In this document: positions 35,236 to 38,403 of the stretch, one piece after another
Layout of the letters: each line of letters begins with the position of its first letter
Position numbering within the stretch: the stretch's first letter is position 1
DNA from: an uncultured archaeon
GTDB taxonomy: Archaea; Iainarchaeota; Iainarchaeia; Iainarchaeales; DTGL01
Direction of reading: 5' to 3'
Length of the DNA: 38,403 nt
Assembly: GCA_964551725.1 (NCBI GenBank)
Contig: CAZKED010000007.1
Coordinates: 1 to 38,403, forward strand
Position numbers and translations under genes: made by a program
The notes under the pieces: generated by a model
Told to the model about the DNA's origin: nothing
Database searches by the model: none
What the model saw: only the letters and a program-made list of their open reading frames with translations

Positions 35236-36351
35236 ATGCCCAGAAATATTTTCTCCGGCGGAAAGGAGCCGGAGATATTCAAGGATGAGAGATTCCTTTA
35301 CCCTGAATTCGTTCCCGAGAGACTGCCGCACCGCGAACCGCAGATTGAGGAAATGGTCCTTGCATTCAAGCCCGTGTTGCGCGGCGGCAAGCCCCACAAC
35401 CTTTTTGTTTACGGAACAAGCGGCACGGGCAAGACCGTTTCAGTCAGATTCGTGCTCCGCGAACTCGAAGAATACAGCCCGAGGGCAAAAGGCCGGTACA
35501 TCAACTGCTTTGAGTTCAATTCAAGGCATTCAATTCTCACGGAGATTTCCAATTTTTTGGGCGCGGCTCTTCCGCGCCGCGGGATTGCCACCGACGAGGC
35601 GTACACCGAACTCCTCCACTCTCTGAAGCGCATTGATTTCATTCCCGTGATTGTTCTGGATGAAATAGACCAGCTGCTCAAAGGCAACGAAATTTCCTCC
35701 GTGCTGTACGATTTATTGCGCGTTGTGGAATTCCAGAAAAGCCATCTGGGATTATGCCTCATTTCCAACGACGCGGAACTCCTCGCCAAGTTAGATTCAA
35801 GGGTGAAAAGTTCCCTGATGCAGCAGTCCATTGAATTCCAGCAATACACCCCGCAACAGCTAAAATCGATTCTGGGGGAAAGAGCAAAGGAGGCATTCTT
35901 TTCCGGCGCGCTTGACTCGGAAGTAATAAACGTTGCTGCAGCGCACGCCGCAAAGCATGGCGGGGACGCGCGCATTGCAATTGAGTCCCTGCTCATTGCG
36001 GGCAGGAACGCGGAAAAGGAATGCGCGAAAAGCGTTGAAGTGGAACACCTGCGCAAGGCATTCGATTCCATTCATTCGCGTAGCATCCAAAAATCAGCGC
36101 CCTTCCTGGGAGAGCAAGAAAAAGCCATTCTCAAAATGCTGTGCGAAAAAGGCGAAATTTATTCGGGAAAGCTTTTCGAGGCAGTCACCGAGCGCGGGGA
36201 AAAACTGACCCAGCGCTCCTTCAGAAAAAAACTCAACAGGCTCTCCGAACTGAAGCTCGTAAAGCTCAAGGAAAAATCAAAAGGCATCCGCGGTCGCACG
36301 AGAATTGCATCGCTCGCAGTAGGCAGAAAAGCGGTGCAGGAATTGCTGTGA
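35236..36351 (+). CDS. cdc6: Orc1/Cdc6 replication initiator
   Basis: FVPERLPHRE, Walker A GTSGTGKT, YINC, LDEID, LDSRVKSSL, GDARIAI, C-terminal wHTH ending GIRGRTR. Confidence 0.94.
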   Translation: MPRNIFSGGKEPEIFKDERFLYPEFVPERLPHREPQIEEMVLAFKPVLRGGKPHNLFVYGTSGTGKTVSVRFVLRELEEYSPRAKGRYINCFEFNSRHSILTEISNFLGAALPRRGIATDEAYTELLHSLKRIDFIPVIVLDEIDQLLKGNEISSVLYDLLRVVEFQKSHLGLCLISNDAELLAKLDSRVKSSLMQQSIEFQQYTPQQLKSILGERAKEAFFSGALDSEVINVAAAHAAKHGGDARIAIESLLIAGRNAEKECAKSVEVEHLRKAFDSIHSRSIQKSAPFLGEQEKAILKMLCEKGEIYSGKLFEAVTERGEKLTQRSFRKKLNRLSELKLVKLKEKSKGIRGRTRIASLAVGRKAVQELL

Positions 36352-36421
36352 ACCGAGGGCAGGCGCACATTTTTAAACCCTGCTTTCCTATTTATAGCGA
36401 TTTCTTTAATGCGGTGAAAAA

Positions 36422-36697
36422 ATGTCCCGGAAAAAAGAAACCCCTATTTTCATTGTTCCCGACGAGGAAGTCGCTTACAGGCTCGTCAAGCTGTATTTCG
36501 AGGAAGTTGCAAGGCTCGGCTTCAAGCGCACGCTCTCCTTGGACGCGATAATGAACGCCTACTTTTATGCACTGCAGCGCATGGAAAACAAGGGTGCGGA
36601 GATGGCGGCAATGAAAAAACTGGTGAAAAAGGAAGAAAGCGAACTGCTAAAAAGCAAGAAGCTCGAAGATTTATTCCCGATATTCCACAACGAGTAA
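36422..36697 (+). CDS. Hypothetical protein (91 aa)
   Basis: GCGGTGA RBS, upstream TTTATA, protein-like helical sequence filling the cdc6-ychF gap. Confidence 0.7.
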   Translation: MSRKKETPIFIVPDEEVAYRLVKLYFEEVARLGFKRTLSLDAIMNAYFYALQRMENKGAEMAAMKKLVKKEESELLKSKKLEDLFPIFHNE

Positions 36698-36702
36698 TTG
36701 CG

Positions 36703-37890
36703 CTAAGAGCGCTTCTGTATTTTCACCACTGCATTATTCTCCAGTTCGACGTTGTGCGCAATCCTCTGCCCCGTCCTGCAGTCTATTGCCGCTACAAACT
36801 TCTCCGCAAAACTTGAATGAATTTTCGCCGCCAAATCCAATGGCGTTGCACCCTTTTTCAGCAGATACGCATCGGGCAGCACGTTTCCCTTGGAGTCGGA
36901 CCACTTGTGCTGGTCTTCAACCGGATACACCACAATCAAGTCAAGCATCTCAAAAGCAACAGCATTCAGCAGTTTCTGCACTCCCGTGCCCCCGTACGGC
37001 TGCAGCACGTTCTCCCTTATGAATTCCAATGCGTGCTTCTGTTTGCCTGGCAGTTCTTTCAGTTCCCTGAAATCCGAGTCACCGGATGCATATTCAACCA
37101 GCCCGTGCTCCGCCGCCTTCCGGAGCGCGAGTTCCGCTTCGGCGCTCACTGGAACAACGCTCTTTTCCCCGAATTTTTCTTTCAGCCTGGAAAAATTCTC
37201 CTTTGCGCTTTTCAAATCAATTTTGTTCGCGGCAATAGAAATCGGCTTGCTTTTTCTCCGCACCATTTCCGCGAACTCGAGCAGAATACTTTCATCCCAC
37301 TGCTGGGGTTTTTCGGGAAAATCCTCGTGCCTTAACACTTCCCTTACGTCTTCCTCTGTAATGCCCAATCCGCTCAATGGCTTTGCAAGCGTTTCACTTG
37401 CGCTCTCCGATTCAACTCTCTTGCTCAACGCTGCCCAGTTTTTCGCCAGTATTCCCTTAATCCACTGCGCTATTTCCCTGGGCAGAAAGCCGGCAATTTC
37501 TTCCGGGTCAAAGTTTCCCTCACCGACAATTTCGCCCTCGCAGTTTGTGCTCCCGCTGGCATCAAGCACGTGAATCAGCGCAGAGGCCTGCATTATGTCG
37601 TTCAGGAACTGGTTTCCGAGACCCTTGCCCTTGCAGGCATCAGGCACCAAGCCAGCAACATCCCACAATTTAATTGGCACAAATCTTGCTCCATTCTTGC
37701 AGTAGCCGTGCCTCGGCTTGCATTCCCCGCCGAGCTCTGAGTGAACGCATTTCACTTTCACGTGCGCAATGCCCTCGTTGGGCTTGATTGTAACGAAAGG
37801 TCTGTTTCCCGTTTCAACGCCGAGCATTGTTGCGGCGTTAAAAAAAGTGCTCTTTCCCGAATTAGGCGCTCCAACAAGTCCAATCTCCAT
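36703..37890 (-). CDS. ychF: Obg-family ATPase/GTPase YchF, archaeal type
   Basis: GAPNSGKST, PFVTIKPN, DVAGLVP..GKGLGNQFL, NKID, GTGVQ, LPDAYL, C-terminal TGS. Confidence 0.94.
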   Translation of the reverse strand: MEIGLVGAPNSGKSTFFNAATMLGVETGNRPFVTIKPNEGIAHVKVKCVHSELGGECKPRHGYCKNGARFVPIKLWDVAGLVPDACKGKGLGNQFLNDIMQASALIHVLDASGSTNCEGEIVGEGNFDPEEIAGFLPREIAQWIKGILAKNWAALSKRVESESASETLAKPLSGLGITEEDVREVLRHEDFPEKPQQWDESILLEFAEMVRRKSKPISIAANKIDLKSAKENFSRLKEKFGEKSVVPVSAEAELALRKAAEHGLVEYASGDSDFRELKELPGKQKHALEFIRENVLQPYGGTGVQKLLNAVAFEMLDLIVVYPVEDQHKWSDSKGNVLPDAYLLKKGATPLDLAAKIHSSFAEKFVAAIDCRTGQRIAHNVELENNAVVKIQKRS

Positions 37891-37992
37891 TCAGTGCACC
37901 AATAATTCCTTCCAACCAAACTAATTTAACCCTTTTTTTTCGCTCTCTTTTACGTGCTGGCAGCGGACGGGCTTTGAGCCAAAGCGCTGATT

Positions 37993-38403
37993 TTATTTTT
38001 TCAATTTGAGTTTTTTGAAAATGCCCTCTGTCACGATCAGGGTTTTGTCGCACACTTTGCTCAGGTGGAAAGACCTGCTTTTGGGAAAACTCACGTTATA
38101 AACCGCTTTCCCGCCCTCCTGCACCGCCTTTATTGCGGGAACAAAGTCCGCGTCGTTTGTGACAATTATTGCAATGTCGTATTTGCCATAGAAAGCATTT
38201 GTAACCAAGTCAACGGCCAGTTTTACATCAACGCCCTTTTCCGCTTTCTGGTTGTTGGGTCTCTTTTCCAGCCTTCCCAAAAACAACTCCAAGCGTTTTA
38301 TTCTTCTCAATGACTCAAAGAACCTCTGCTGTTTCTTGTACGCTTTTTGGTTGTCCTTCTGGAAAAGCGGCGCATTATAGTAACATATTTTAATCAGGTT
38401 ACT
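37993..38403 (-). CDS. NYN/LabA (PIN-fold) domain protein, 5' end outside the window
   Basis: The frame is open to the window edge: ...CYYNAP...EKGVDVKLAVDLV...YDIAIIVTNDADFVPAI...LSKVCD. Confidence 0.9.
   Translation of the reverse strand, partial: SNLIKICYYNAPLFQKDNQKAYKKQQRFFESLRRIKRLELFLGRLEKRPNNQKAEKGVDVKLAVDLVTNAFYGKYDIAIIVTNDADFVPAIKAVQEGGKAVYNVSFPKSRSFHLSKVCDKTLIVTEGIFKKLKLKK

Noticed and set aside
37961-37989. Hairpin CAGCG...GCTTTG-agc-CAAAGC-GCTG between the NYN gene and ychF
   Set aside because: Short and imperfect, not tRNA- or SECIS-like. At most a local terminator.
1-38403. CRISPR arrays, tRNA/rRNA genes, IS elements, integrases
   Set aside because: No regularly spaced repeats, cloverleaf or rRNA signatures, or transposase/integrase motifs were seen by eye. 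tRNAscan-SE and Infernal would be needed to exclude them fully.

Overview
Gene-dense archaeal chromosomal segment, most likely DPANN (Diapherotrites/Iainarchaeota-like). This assignment is inferred from archaeal MCM, Orc1/Cdc6, RFC, Nre, CDC48 and YchF, TATA-type promoters, GGTGA-type ribosome-binding sites, and bacterial-like ThrRS and MetRS. Housekeeping content: partial metG, mcm, thrS, nre, rfcS, pdxS/pdxT, a YbjQ protein, a tRNA methylthiotransferase, two Lrp/AsnC regulators, a CPA1 antiporter-like protein, topA, a truncated NFACT/Rqc2 protein, an intein-containing cdc48, an M50 protease, orc1/cdc6, ychF and a partial NYN nuclease. Accessory content: a complete EppA/Tad-like type IV pilus operon with six class III signal-peptide proteins, a second cluster of six pilin-like genes, a free-standing tandem-HTH LAGLIDADG gene, and basic orphans. 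The most notable unexplained signal is a 20-bp ORB-like motif (TTTTAGSGGAAACSYRCYCT). It occurs three times, each copy 8 nt upstream of a TATA-like box, in the intergenic regions next to mcm and cdc6. Other candidates are a uL29-like small gene, a structured ncRNA candidate, a probable ATT-start ORF missed by the ORF track, and an antiporter lacking its ion-binding Asp. No rRNA, tRNA or CRISPR array was recognised.
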